Source: an uncultured Chloroflexia bacterium (lineage in GTDB: Bacteria; Chloroflexota; Limnocylindria; Limnocylindrales; CSP1-4). From it: a DNA stretch of 64,000 nt. This document shows positions 29,815-39,949 of the stretch, one piece after another. Position 1 is the first letter of the stretch, and each line of letters begins with the position of its first letter. Both the position numbers and the translations under genes were made by a program. The notes under the pieces are model-generated. The model did not search any database and was not told the DNA's origin. It saw only the letters and a program-made list of their open reading frames with translations. The stretch lies in the NCBI GenBank assembly GCA_963707215.1, contig CAVPPB010000002.1, positions 1-64,000 on the forward strand, written 5' to 3'.

Positions 29815-31158
29815 GTGGCAGCCTCCGACCCCCGCACCATCCTCCACGTCGACCTAGACGCCTTCTTCGCCGCCGTCGAGCAGCGTGACCGGCCCGAGCT
29901 CCGCGGCCGCCCGGTCATCGTCGGCGGCGGTGGGCCGCACGACCGCGGCGTGGTCTCTACGGCGAGCTACGAGGCGCGCCGCTTCGGCATCCGCTCGGCG
30001 ATGCCGCTGCGGACGGCCGGTGCCCTCTGCCCCGACGCCGTCTTCCTGCCCGTCGACGGACGGAAGTACACGGCGGTCAGCCGCGAGGTCATGGCCATCC
30101 TTCGCCGCTTCACCCCGCTCGTCGAGCCGGTCTCCATCGACGAGGCCTTCCTCGACGTCTCGGCTTCGAGGGCGCTCTTCGGTGACGGCCCGGCCATCGC
30201 CGGCCGGATCAAGTCGGCCGTCCATGACGAGGTCCGCCTGACCATCTCCGTCGGGGTGGCGACGACGAAGCTGGTCGCCAAGATCGCCTCCGACCTGCGC
30301 AAGCCGGATGGGCTCGTCGTCGTGCCGCCGGGGGAGGAGGCCGCCTTCCTGGCCCCGCTCGAGGTGACCCGCCTCTGGGGGGTCGGCCCGCGGACTGCGA
30401 CGATCCTCCGGGAGCTGGGCGTGGCGACGATCGGCGATCTCGCCGCTCTGCCGGTGGACCATCTCGTCCGACGGCTCGGCCGGCACGGCGCGACCCTCCA
30501 CGACCGCGCGCTCGGCATCGACCCGGACCCGGTCGACGACCCCGAGGCGGCCAAGTCGATCGGCCACGAGCACACCTTCGACGTCGACACGAACGACCGG
30601 GAGACGATCGAGCGGACCCTGCTGGCCATGGCCGACGGGGTGAGCGGCCGGCTCCGCTCGGCGGGCCTGCGGGCGGGGACCGTGACGGTCAAGATCCGCT
30701 CGAGCGACTTCCACACCGTGACCCGCCAGCGGACCCTCGCCGAGCCCACCGACCTGACCGAGCCGATCTGGCGGACGGCGCTCGAGCTGGCCGAGCCGGA
30801 GGTGCGGGGGATCCGGGTCCGCCTCATCGGTGTCAGCGTGTCGCACCTGGGCGCCCCCCAGCAGATGGCCCTCTTCGGCGTCGACGACGACCGGCGGCGC
30901 CGGGCCGAGCTGGCGGCCGACGACATCCGGCGCCGCTACGGGCTGCGCTCGGTCACCCGCGGACGCCTCGTCGGCACGCGGATCCCGACGCCCTTCGAGC
31001 GGGACCCGATGACCGCCCCGGAGCGCCGGCTCGGGAGCGAGCCGCACTCGCCGCAGGAAGGGACGGGGAGCCCTCGCTCCGGTCCAGCGGCAGCCCCGGA
31101 GGACCGTGACAGCGAAGCTGACACAGGGCACGTCGACGATCTCGACCACGACGCTTGA
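29815..31158 (+). CDS. dinB: DNA polymerase IV (Y family)
   Basis: ILHVDLDAFFAAVEQ, STASYEARRFGIRSAMP, SIDEAFLD, KIASDLRKPDG, QQMALF clamp-binding motif. Confidence 0.96.
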   Translation: MAASDPRTILHVDLDAFFAAVEQRDRPELRGRPVIVGGGGPHDRGVVSTASYEARRFGIRSAMPLRTAGALCPDAVFLPVDGRKYTAVSREVMAILRRFTPLVEPVSIDEAFLDVSASRALFGDGPAIAGRIKSAVHDEVRLTISVGVATTKLVAKIASDLRKPDGLVVVPPGEEAAFLAPLEVTRLWGVGPRTATILRELGVATIGDLAALPVDHLVRRLGRHGATLHDRALGIDPDPVDDPEAAKSIGHEHTFDVDTNDRETIERTLLAMADGVSGRLRSAGLRAGTVTVKIRSSDFHTVTRQRTLAEPTDLTEPIWRTALELAEPEVRGIRVRLIGVSVSHLGAPQQMALFGVDDDRRRRAELAADDIRRRYGLRSVTRGRLVGTRIPTPFERDPMTAPERRLGSEPHSPQEGTGSPRSGPAAAPEDRDSEADTGHVDDLDHDA

Positions 31159-31205
31159 CATCGAACACCCGTTCGGTATAGTCGGCATCGTCGAACAGGT
31201 GTTCT
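31155..31205 (+). promoter_or_regulatory. SOS promoter with two LexA boxes
   Basis: TTGACA (31155)-16 nt-TATAGT (31177); CGAACACCCGTTCG 31162-31175 and CGAACAGGTGTTCT 31192-31205. Confidence 0.9.
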
Positions 31206-31249
31206 ACTCGACCGAGTGCTCCGGTCGCGTGACGGAAAGGAGAGCCACG

Positions 31250-31510
31250 ATGGCCATGATGCAGGTCGATCCGGTCCCCGTCCGCGTCCGCACGGGCTGG
31301 TTCGACGGTCGCCCCAGGGAGATCACGCTGGCCGGTCAGCGGCTGCCGGTGCTGGGTCTCGCGGTCATCCGCGATGAGACCTCGGCCTATCCCGTAGCGA
31401 CTGGCCCTCGGATCGTCTTCGAGGTCGAGACCCCCCGTGCCCGGCTGACCCTCAGCTACCGGCCGCGGGGTCGCCGCTGGGCCGTCGAGGGCATGGACCG
31501 CGCCGCCTGA
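31250..31510 (+). CDS. Small SOS-regulated protein, DUF6504-like (86 aa)
   Basis: AAGGAG RBS; PVPVRVRTGWFDGRPREITLAGQRLPV...VFEVET...LSYRPRGRRWAVEGMD. Confidence 0.7.
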   Translation: MAMMQVDPVPVRVRTGWFDGRPREITLAGQRLPVLGLAVIRDETSAYPVATGPRIVFEVETPRARLTLSYRPRGRRWAVEGMDRAA

Positions 31511-31696
31511 CCGGACCGAAGGACCCGTCGGTCCCGCGTCCTCCTCGCCGGATCGACACGGAGAGGCACGGGGCGGGCGTGCCGGTACCACGCTCGCCCC
31601 GTCCGCCGGTCGGCCCGGGCTGACCTGCCGAGCGGCCCCCGTGGACTCGGTCGACCGGCCCGGTCGCCCCGTCCGCCGGTCCCTACAATCGATCCC

Positions 31697-32365
31697 GTGG
31701 AGGATGGAGCAGAACGATTCGAGGACCTCACCCTCGACGCGTTCATCTCGCGATTGGCGACTGCGGCGCCCGTACCCGGCGGGGGCAGCGCGGCGGCCGT
31801 GGCCGCCTCGATAGCCGCTGGTCTTGTGGCCATGGTCGCCGCCCTGACCGAGGGTCGCGAGCGCTATGCCGGTCACGCGGCCCTTGCGGCCCACTGGATC
31901 GGTGCTGGGCGCGAGCTGGCCCACCGCTGCCTCCGGCTCGCGGATGACGATGCGGTCGCCTACGGCCGATTCGCAGCAGCGATGAAGATGCCGCGCGAAT
32001 CGGACGCCGAGCGCGAGGAACGGGCCGAGGCGCTTCGTGCCGCCGCCCGGATCGCCGCCGAGGTGCCGCTCCGCTGCGTCGAGACGTGCGTCGAGATCGT
32101 CCGGGGCTCCGAGGCCCTGGCGGGCCGGAGCAACGTCAACGCCGCCTCCGACCTGGTCGTCGCGGCACTCCTTGCCGAGGCCGCTGCCCGAGGGGCCGCC
32201 GTGAACGTCCTGGTCAACCTGCCGGCGCTGGGCGACGACCAGCTGGCCGGTGAGTTCTCGGCCCGGGTCGACGATCGTCTCGCCGAAGTCGAGCGGCTCG
32301 CCGTCGCGACGCGGGAGACGGTCCGCCGCGGTGATACCCGCGCCCCGGTGTCCGAGCCCGCATGA
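31697..32365 (+). CDS. Formiminotetrahydrofolate cyclodeaminase / methenyl-THF cyclohydrolase family (FTCD_C)
   Basis: FISRLATAAPVPGGGSAAA, LADDDAVAY, AAEVPL, NVNAASD, NVLVNL. Confidence 0.9.
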   Translation: MEDGAERFEDLTLDAFISRLATAAPVPGGGSAAAVAASIAAGLVAMVAALTEGRERYAGHAALAAHWIGAGRELAHRCLRLADDDAVAYGRFAAAMKMPRESDAEREERAEALRAAARIAAEVPLRCVETCVEIVRGSEALAGRSNVNAASDLVVAALLAEAAARGAAVNVLVNLPALGDDQLAGEFSARVDDRLAEVERLAVATRETVRRGDTRAPVSEPA

Positions 32366-33312
32366 CGGCATCCGGGGACTCGGCGGTCCAGAACGGAGCG
32401 GCCCGGCTCCTCCTGGGTGCGCCCATCGCGGCCGACATCCGGGCCGGCGTCGAGGCGGACGTGGCCGGCTTCCGGGAACGCCACGGGCGGGCACCAGGCC
32501 TGGCGGTCGTCCTCGTCGGGCGTGACGCGCCGTCGACCGTCTACCTCGAGCAGATCCTCCGCGGCTGCGCCAAGGTCGGGATCGAGGGCCGTTTCGTCGA
32601 GGTGGAGCTCGGCGGCGAGGGCGTCGAGGCCAGCGTTGTCCGGGCGATCCGGGAGCTCGGGGACGATCCCGACGTCCACGGCATCATCGTCCAGATGCCG
32701 CTGCCGCCCGAGGTCCGCCTCCGGTCGGTGATCGAGGCCATCGATCCCGCCAAGGACATCGATGGGATCCATCCCCTGAATGCCGGACTCCTGCGGCTGG
32801 GCTACGACGGCTTCCTTCCGGCCACGGCCCACGCGGCCATCGAGGTCCTCCGCCGCTCGGACATCCCGATGGCCGGCCGCGATGCCGTCGTCATCGGTCG
32901 CTCGCCGGTCGTCGGCCAGCCGGCTGCCTTCCTGCTCGTCCGCGAGGACGCAACCGTCACCGTCTGCCACTCGAGGACGCGCGACCTTGCGGCCCACGTC
33001 GGTCGGGCCGACATCGTCGTCGTTGCGGCCGGCCGGCCCGGCCTGGTCACCGGCGCGATGCTCAAGCCGGGTGCGGTCGTGGTCGACGTCGGCATCAACG
33101 TGGTCGAGGGGAAGCTCGTCGGCGACGTCGACTTCGACTCCGCGGTCGAAGTCGCCTCGGCCATCACCCCGGTCCCGGGCGGCGTCGGGCCGCTGACCAA
33201 TGCGCTCCTCCTGTCCCATCTCGTCCGGGCCGCCCTCGCGCAGGTCGAGGGGCGCGGCCCGGCCATCGTCGAATCGGCCGCCCACAGCCCGGCCATGCGA
33301 GGTACCCGATGA
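32362..33312 (+). CDS. folD: Methylenetetrahydrofolate dehydrogenase/cyclohydrolase
   Basis: PGLAVVLVG, HGIIVQMPLP, KDIDG, VIGRSPVVGQP, VDVGIN, TPVPGGVGPLT. Confidence 0.96.
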   Translation: MTASGDSAVQNGAARLLLGAPIAADIRAGVEADVAGFRERHGRAPGLAVVLVGRDAPSTVYLEQILRGCAKVGIEGRFVEVELGGEGVEASVVRAIRELGDDPDVHGIIVQMPLPPEVRLRSVIEAIDPAKDIDGIHPLNAGLLRLGYDGFLPATAHAAIEVLRRSDIPMAGRDAVVIGRSPVVGQPAAFLLVREDATVTVCHSRTRDLAAHVGRADIVVVAAGRPGLVTGAMLKPGAVVVDVGINVVEGKLVGDVDFDSAVEVASAITPVPGGVGPLTNALLLSHLVRAALAQVEGRGPAIVESAAHSPAMRGTR

Positions 33313-35015
33313 CCTTCCCGTCCGATCTCGAGATCGCCCGTTCCGTGCCCCCCCGCCCCATCGTCGACGTGGCCGCCGAGCTCGGCCTCCGCGACGACGA
33401 GATCGAGCTGTACGGCCCGACCAAGGCCAAGGTGACCCTGGCCGGCGTCGAGCGTGTCGAGGTCGAGCGACCTCGCGGGCGGTACGTCGTCGTCACGGCG
33501 ATCACCCCGACCCCGCTCGGCGAGGGCAAGACGACCACGACGGTCGGGCTCGCCCAGGGCCTGAACCGGATCGGCCGCAAGGCCTCGGTGGCCATCCGCC
33601 AGCCGTCGCTGGGTCCGGTCTTCGGGATCAAGGGCGGGGCGGCCGGCGGCGGCTACTCCCAGATCATCCCGATGGAGGACTTCAACCTCCACCTGACGGG
33701 CGACATCCACGCCATCGGGGCGGCCCACAATCTGGCCTCGGCCTTCCTCGACAACCACCTGCACCACGGCAACCAGCTGGGGATCGATCCCTTCTCGATC
33801 CGTTGGCCGCGGGTCGTCGACATCAGCGACCGGGCCATCCGCAGGGTCGTGATCGGACTCGGGGGCAAGGAGAATGGCGTCCCCCGCGAGTCGGAGTGGG
33901 TCATCACGGTCGCCTCCGAGGTCATGGCCATCCTGGCCCTCTCGAAGGACATCTTCGACCTGCGGGAGCGGCTCGGCCGGATCGTCCTGGCCACCGATCG
34001 CGACGGCAAGGCCGTCACCGCCGAGGATCTCAAGGTCGCCGGCGCGATGACCGTCCTCCTCCGCGACGCCATCAAGCCGAACCTGCTCCAGACCCTCGAG
34101 GGCGGTCCGGCCTACGTCCACTGCGGGCCGTTCGCCAACATCGCCCACGGCAACAGCTCGATCATCGCCGACCGGGTGGCCCTGCAGACGAGCGACATCG
34201 TCGTCACCGAGGCCGGCTTCGGCGCCGACATGGGGGCGGAGAAGTTCTTCGACATCAAGTGCCGGGCCTCGGGGCTCCGTCCCGACGCAGCCGTCGTCGT
34301 GGCCACGATCCGGGCCCTCAAGATGCACGGCGGGGTCGGCCGGATCGTCGCCGGCAAGCCGCTGGACCCGGCCCTGACGACCGAGAACGTCGAGGCGGTC
34401 CGGACCGGCGGCGCCAACCTCGCCGCCCAGGTCGAGCTCGTCCGCTCCTACGGCGTCCCCGTGGTCGTGGCCATCAACGCCTTCCCGACCGACACGGAGG
34501 CCGAGTTCGAGGCGGTCCGCCAGGTCGCTCTCGAGGCTGGCGCGGTGGACGCCGTGGTGACCACCAACTGGGCCGACGGCGGGGCCGGAGCCGAGGCGCT
34601 CGCCGCATCGGTATGGGAGGCGGCGTCCAGCGACGCCGGCGATTTCCGGCTCCTCTACCCGGACGAGCTGCCCCTCCGCGAGAAGATCGAGACGATCGCG
34701 GCGAAGGTCTACGGGGCCGACGGGGTGGACTTCGCGCCAGCAGCGACCAAGGCCCTCGCCGAGTACGAGCGCCTGGGCTACGGGCACCTGCCGGTCTGCG
34801 TGGCCAAGACCCACCTCTCGCTGAGCCACGACCCCAACCTCAAGGGCCGACCGAGCGGCTTCCGCTTCCCGATCCGCGACGTCAAGCTCGCCGCCGGTGC
34901 AGGCTTCATCTACCCGCTCGCGGGCGACATGCGGACGATGCCGGGGCTCCCGTCGAGGCCGGCCGGCGAGAACATCGACATCGACGCCGACGGCAACGTC
35001 GTCGGCCTCTTCTAG
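33309..35015 (+). CDS. fhs: Formate--tetrahydrofolate ligase
   Basis: TPTPLGEGKTT, GIKGGAAGGGYSQ, HCGPFANIAHG, TEAGFGADMGAEKF, MRTMPGLP. Confidence 0.97.
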   Translation: MTFPSDLEIARSVPPRPIVDVAAELGLRDDEIELYGPTKAKVTLAGVERVEVERPRGRYVVVTAITPTPLGEGKTTTTVGLAQGLNRIGRKASVAIRQPSLGPVFGIKGGAAGGGYSQIIPMEDFNLHLTGDIHAIGAAHNLASAFLDNHLHHGNQLGIDPFSIRWPRVVDISDRAIRRVVIGLGGKENGVPRESEWVITVASEVMAILALSKDIFDLRERLGRIVLATDRDGKAVTAEDLKVAGAMTVLLRDAIKPNLLQTLEGGPAYVHCGPFANIAHGNSSIIADRVALQTSDIVVTEAGFGADMGAEKFFDIKCRASGLRPDAAVVVATIRALKMHGGVGRIVAGKPLDPALTTENVEAVRTGGANLAAQVELVRSYGVPVVVAINAFPTDTEAEFEAVRQVALEAGAVDAVVTTNWADGGAGAEALAASVWEAASSDAGDFRLLYPDELPLREKIETIAAKVYGADGVDFAPAATKALAEYERLGYGHLPVCVAKTHLSLSHDPNLKGRPSGFRFPIRDVKLAAGAGFIYPLAGDMRTMPGLPSRPAGENIDIDADGNVVGLF

Positions 35016-35055
35016 CACGCGCGGCCCGGCGCCCGGGCCGCGCACCAGCACGACG

Positions 35056-36324
35056 ATGACGGGGCCGTCCGACCTCCGCCCGATCGGCCGCGGGGACGCG
35101 ATCCGGCTGTTCGCCGGCCGGACCCTGCGGATGGTCGCCTACGGCGGGCTCGCCGTCGTCCTGGTCGTCTATCTCGACCGGATCGGGCTCGATGCCGCCA
35201 CCATCGGCGTCCTCCTGACCCTGACCCTGCTCGGCGACACGGCCATCTCGCTCTGGCTCACCACGAACGCGGATCGCGTCGGTCGACGGCGGGTCCTGGT
35301 CGTCGGGTCGCTGCTGATGGCCGGCGCGGCCCTCGTCTTCGCGGCGACCGACCTGGCGCCGCTCCTGCTGGTCGCCGCCACGATCGGCGTGATGAGCCCC
35401 AGCGGCAAGGAGGTCGGGCCGTTCCTGGCCGTCGAGCAGGCGTCCCTCACCCGCCTGGTCCCCGATGCCCGACGGACGTCCGTGTTCGCCTGGTACAACC
35501 TCGTGGGATCGGTCGCCGTCGCGATCGGCGCGCTGCTGGCCGGGCTGGCCGTCCAGCAGCTGCTCGCCCTGGGCGTGACCGACGTCGACGCCGAGCGGGC
35601 CGTCGTCGTCGGCTACGGCGCCGTCGGGCTGCTCATGGCCCTCGTGTTCCTCGGCCTGTCCGACGGCATCGAGGTCCCCCACCCGGAGCGGACCAGCGTC
35701 GCCACCCGGCTGGGGCTTCACCGGTCACGCCGGGTCGTCTTCCAGCTGTCCGGCCTCTTCGCCCTCGACGCGTTCGCCGGCGGCTTCGTCATGGACAGCC
35801 TGGTGGCCTTCTGGCTTGTGCAGCGGTTCGGCCTGGAGCCGGCCCTCATCGGCGCGGTCTTCTTCGCGGCCAACCTGCTGGCGGCCGTCTCGGCCCTGGC
35901 GGCGGTGTGGATCGCCCGGCGGATCGGGCTGATCCGGACCATGGTCTACACCCACCTGCCGTCGAACGTGCTCCTGATCCTCGTCCCGCTCATGCCGGTG
36001 GCGCCCCTGGCCGTCCTCATGCTGCTGGCCCGGGCCTCGATCAGCCAGATGGACGTGCCGACGCGGCAGTCGTACACGATGGCCGTCGTCGCTCCCGACG
36101 AACGGTCTGCTGCCGCCGGTGTCACCGGCATCGCCCGGACCACCGGCCAGGCCGCCGCCCCGCTCGTGGCGGCGCCGCTCATCGCGTCGGCCGGGTTGGC
36201 GGGTCTGCCGTTCGTCATCGCCGGCAGCCTGAAGATCGTCTACGACCTCAGCCTGTGGGCGCTGTTCCGGGCCCGCCCGGCTCCCGAGGAGGTCGCTGGC
36301 GAGGGCCGGGGACGATCCGCCTAG
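35056..36324 (+). CDS. MFS transporter
   Basis: ADRVGRRRVL, SPSGKEVGPFLAVEQ, DAFAGGF, SQMDVPTRQSY. Confidence 0.9.
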   Translation: MTGPSDLRPIGRGDAIRLFAGRTLRMVAYGGLAVVLVVYLDRIGLDAATIGVLLTLTLLGDTAISLWLTTNADRVGRRRVLVVGSLLMAGAALVFAATDLAPLLLVAATIGVMSPSGKEVGPFLAVEQASLTRLVPDARRTSVFAWYNLVGSVAVAIGALLAGLAVQQLLALGVTDVDAERAVVVGYGAVGLLMALVFLGLSDGIEVPHPERTSVATRLGLHRSRRVVFQLSGLFALDAFAGGFVMDSLVAFWLVQRFGLEPALIGAVFFAANLLAAVSALAAVWIARRIGLIRTMVYTHLPSNVLLILVPLMPVAPLAVLMLLARASISQMDVPTRQSYTMAVVAPDERSAAAGVTGIARTTGQAAAPLVAAPLIASAGLAGLPFVIAGSLKIVYDLSLWALFRARPAPEEVAGEGRGRSA

Positions 36325-36339
36325 GCGGGTCCGCGGCGG

Positions 36340-36663
36340 TCAGATCAGGCCGTCGGCGACCGCGAAGGCGGCGACGACCGCGGCTGCGGCCGCCACCCCG
36401 ACGACGCTCGCCGCCCAGGCCCGCAGGTCGATCGGCCCGAGGGGTTCCTCGTCATCGTGGCCACCGTGGCCGTCGTGCGCGTCGTGGTCGGCGTCCGCGT
36501 GCGCTCCCTCGTGACCGGCACCGGGCTGATGGTCGTCAGGATGGGCTGCCGCCGCCGCCTCGGCCTCGGCGACCTCGGTCGCCGCTTCCTGGGCCGCGGC
36601 CGCCTCGGCCTCGCCGGCGGTGAGGGGCTGGGCGGGGTCCCTGGGGTCGCCTGCGTCGCTCAT
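36340..36663 (-). CDS. Small His/Asp-rich protein with C-terminal TM helix
   Basis: HPDDHQPGAGHEGAHADADHDAHDGHGGHDDEEPLGPIDLRAWAASVVGV...; GGAGG upstream. Confidence 0.65.
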   Translation of the reverse strand: MSDAGDPRDPAQPLTAGEAEAAAAQEAATEVAEAEAAAAAHPDDHQPGAGHEGAHADADHDAHDGHGGHDDEEPLGPIDLRAWAASVVGVAAAAAVVAAFAVADGLI

Positions 36664-36773
36664 CGTGGGGTCATCCACCTCCGCCGGCATTGTCGCACGG
36701 CCGGCGGCGGCGGCGTCCCCCGGTGCCCGGCCCGCGGCGACTCCCCGGGCCGCGGCGGCCCCCCGGTCGAGCG

Positions 36774-37516
36774 TCAGCCCTTTGGCGTGGGACCGGCGTC
36801 GGCGACCGAGCTCGCCTCGGCGCTCGAGCCGGTCTCGGCGCTCGGCCGGCCGACCTTCGCTCGGACCCGGGCCCAGCCCGGATGCCCCAGCTGCCACCAG
36901 ATGAAGGCGAGCACCCCGAGGGCAAGGATGCCCAGGACGAGGTACTCGAAGCGGCTCAGCCAGGCGCCGATGACCCCCCAGTTGTCGCCGAGGAGGTAGC
37001 CGGCGCCGACGAGCAGGGCCGTCCACGGCAACGAGCCGAGGAAGGTGAAGACCACGAACGGCAGCAGCGGCATCCGGGCGATACCGGCGGCGAACGAGAT
37101 GAGCGAGCGGACGACCGGCACCATCCGGCCGAAGAAGGCGGCCACGGAGCCGTAGCGGTCGAACCAGGCCTCCGTCTTGGCCAGGTCCTCCGGGTCGATG
37201 AGCAGGTAGCGGCCCCAGCGCACGAGGAGCGGTCGTCCGCCGTAGAAGCCGATCGCGTAGGCGACGAGGGCGCCGAGCGTGGCCCCGACCGTCCCGGCGA
37301 GGATCGTCAGCCAGATGGTTCCAGGGCGAGCCGGTCAGTGGCTCGATGTTCTCGGGGAAGGCGGTCAGGAAGCCGGCGAACGGCAGGACCAGCTCCGAGG
37401 GGATCGGGATGATGACGCTCTCGATCGGCCACCCAGAGGGCCACCCCGAGGTAGCCGACGGCGTTGTAGACAGAGGTCACGAGCTCGCGGACGGGCCCGT
37501 CGAGGAAGTCGAACAC
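36774..37516 (-). CDS. DedA family membrane protein (frameshifted)
   Basis: GYLGVALWV, IPIPSELVLPFAGF (reconstructed across frames), WFDRYG, FFGRMVPVVRSLISFAAG. Confidence 0.88.
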
Positions 37517-37627
37517 GGGCGGAGTCTACCGGCCTTCCCCGCGCCGTATGCTGGACCCGATGTCCGAGTCGTCGAGCCAGGGGTCCCATCCGTCCGGGCC
37601 GCATCACGAACCGCGCCGATCCCGGCG

Positions 37628-39278
37628 ATGGGCCATCGTGCGTCCGCCACCCGGCTGGCGACGGCGTCCTCGGCCGTCGTCCTGACCGGCGCCGACCTCT
37701 GGGTCGCCGACGTCGAGGCCGTCGCCCGGCACGGCGTCCCGGTCGCCCTCGACATCCACGCCCGGGCCCGGATGCAGGAGGCCCGCGACGTCATCGTCCG
37801 CCTCGTCGAGACCGGCGAGGTGGTCTACGGCGTGACGACCGGGTTCGGGTCGCTCGCCGATCGGACGATCGAGGCGTCCGATGCCGCCCTGCTCCAGGAG
37901 CACCTCCTGGTCAGTCACGCCGCCGGCGTCGGGCGGCCGTTCCCCCGCGAGGTCGTCCGGGCGATGCTCGTCCTGCGGGCCAACACCCTGGCCCTGGGGC
38001 ACTCCGGCTGCCGCCCCGAACTCGTCGACCGCATCTGCCGGTTCCTGGAGCTGGGGCTCCACCCGGTCGTCCCCGAGCAGGGCAGCGTCGGGGCGTCGGG
38101 CGACCTCGCACCGCTCGCCCACCTGGCCCTGCCGATGATCGGTCGTGGCGAGGTCGAGCTCGGGCGGCCACGTCATGCCGGCGCTGCTCGCCCTCAGGGA
38201 GGTCGGCCTCGAGCCGCTGGCCCTGGAGCCCAAGGAGGGGCTGGCGCTGCTGAACGGGACCCAGCTCATGGGCGCCCTGGCGGCCCTCCTGGCCGCCGAC
38301 GCGGAGCGCCTGGTCCGGACCGCCAGCGTGGCCGCGGCCATGAGCGTGGAGGCGCTGCTCGGAACCGAGGTCGCCTACGCCGCGCCGTACCAGCTGGCTC
38401 GACCCCATCCCGGCCAGGTCGAGACGGCGGGCGAGCTGCGCTGGCTGCTCCGGGGCTCGGGGCTCCAGGCGAGCCACCACGGCCGTGCCCACAAGGTCCA
38501 GGACCCGTACTCGCTGCGCTGCGTTCCCCAGGTCCACGGGGCCGTCCGGGATGCCCTCGGTCACCTGGACCGGGTCCTGGAGATCGAGCTCAACAGTGCG
38601 ACCGACAACCCACTGGTCTTCCCGGGGGGCGGCGCGGCGCCAGACGGAACCATCGCCACCGGCGGCGGTCGTGTCATCAGCGGCGGCAACTTCCACGGCG
38701 AGCCGATCGCCCTCGCCATCGACTTCGCCAAGCTGGCCCTGGCCGAGCTCGGATCGATCTCGGAGCGGCGCACCGCGCTGCTTCTCGACCCCAGCCTCAA
38801 TGGCGGCCTTCCCCCGTTCCTGGCAGGCCGCTCGGGGCTCGATTCCGGGCTGATGCTCGTCCAGTACACCGCGGCCGCGCTCGCCTCGGAGGACAAGGTC
38901 CTGGCGCACCCGTCGTCGGCCGACTCGATCCCCACGAGCGCGAACCAGGAGGACCACGTCTCCATGGGGGCGACGGCCGGCCGGCACGCGAGGACCGTCC
39001 TCGAGAACGTCCAGCGGATCGTCGCGATCGAGCTCCTTTGCGCCGCCCAGGCGCTCGACCTGCGGATCGAGGCGCTCGCCGACGAGGCGTCGGGCTCGCC
39101 TGGCCCTGCCCCGGGGGAGGGGGTCGCCGAGGCACATCGCCGCATCCGGGCCGTCGTCCCACGGCTGGCCGGCGACCGCGAGCCTGGGCCGGACATGGCG
39201 GCCCTGACCGAGCTGGTCGTCGGTGGCTCGCTCGCCGACCTCGCGGGGCCCGGGCGGGAGACGATCGCGGGCGGCTGA
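37628..39278 (+). CDS. hutH: Histidine ammonia-lyase (frameshift near 38162)
   Basis: VYGVTTGFG, GSVGASGDLAPLAH (MIO), KEGLALLNGT, QDPYSLRCVPQVHG, SGGNFHG, NQEDHVSMG. Confidence 0.95.
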
Positions 39279-39327
39279 CGCGGGCGGCTGACGCGGGCGA
39301 TCGATCCTTCGCGACCGCCGGTCGGTC

Positions 39328-39840
39328 TCAGCCGAAGCCGAACCGGCGGCGCGGCTGGCGGCCCATCGACGACGAGGGCTTCGTCGTGCGGAAGCCGGTC
39401 CGTCGAAGCGTCTGGTCGATCTCCTCGACGAAGGGCCGCCCCTCAGGGCGGAGCTCGAGCCAGTCGAGATAGCCGGGGTCCACGCGGGCGATCTCGCCGA
39501 TCGACCAGCCCTTGTGGCGCCCGAAGGTCAGGACGCTGCCGCTCGGTCGGCCGGGCGGTGGGCCGGCGGCACCGACCCAGGACGGCTCGCGGCCGGCCGG
39601 CCGGCTGGAGCGCGGGTCGGCGGCCTCGGCGGCACGGGCCCGGTCCCAGGCAGCTCGTCGGCCAGGATCGCCAAGGACCTCCCAGGCGGCGTTGATCTCG
39701 CTCATCCGGTAGTGGCCGGCGGTGCCGGCGCGGTCCGGGTGGAAGCGACGGGCAAGGGCGCGATAGGCCGACCGGATCGCCTCCTGGTCGGCATCCGGGG
39801 CAACCCTAAGCACGTCGTACGGGTCGCGCGCCTCGATCAT
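39328..39840 (-). CDS. J-domain (DnaJ-like) protein with C-terminal DUF3820-like domain
   Basis: [29 protein letters not shown]; [25 protein letters not shown]. Confidence 0.85.
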   Translation of the reverse strand: MIEARDPYDVLRVAPDADQEAIRSAYRALARRFHPDRAGTAGHYRMSEINAAWEVLGDPGRRAAWDRARAAEAADPRSSRPAGREPSWVGAAGPPPGRPSGSVLTFGRHKGWSIGEIARVDPGYLDWLELRPEGRPFVEEIDQTLRRTGFRTTKPSSSMGRQPRRRFGFG

Positions 39841-39949
39841 CCTCGTCCCCTGGTCGCGGTCGCCCGGTCAGGCTTGGGCCCAAGGGTAGTGGCGGCGTCA
39901 ACGGGCTCGGCCATGACATCCGTACTGGTCGGACCCGTACACTCGGGGC

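Noticed and set aside
31510-31696. ZTP or THF riboswitch upstream of folD-fhs
   Set aside because: No consensus motifs, and the -10 box sits immediately before the start codon, leaving no leader
39266-39299. 13-bp tandem repeat CGCGGGCGGCTGA at the hutH stop
   Set aside because: Probably a trivial slippage duplication; no mobile element nearby
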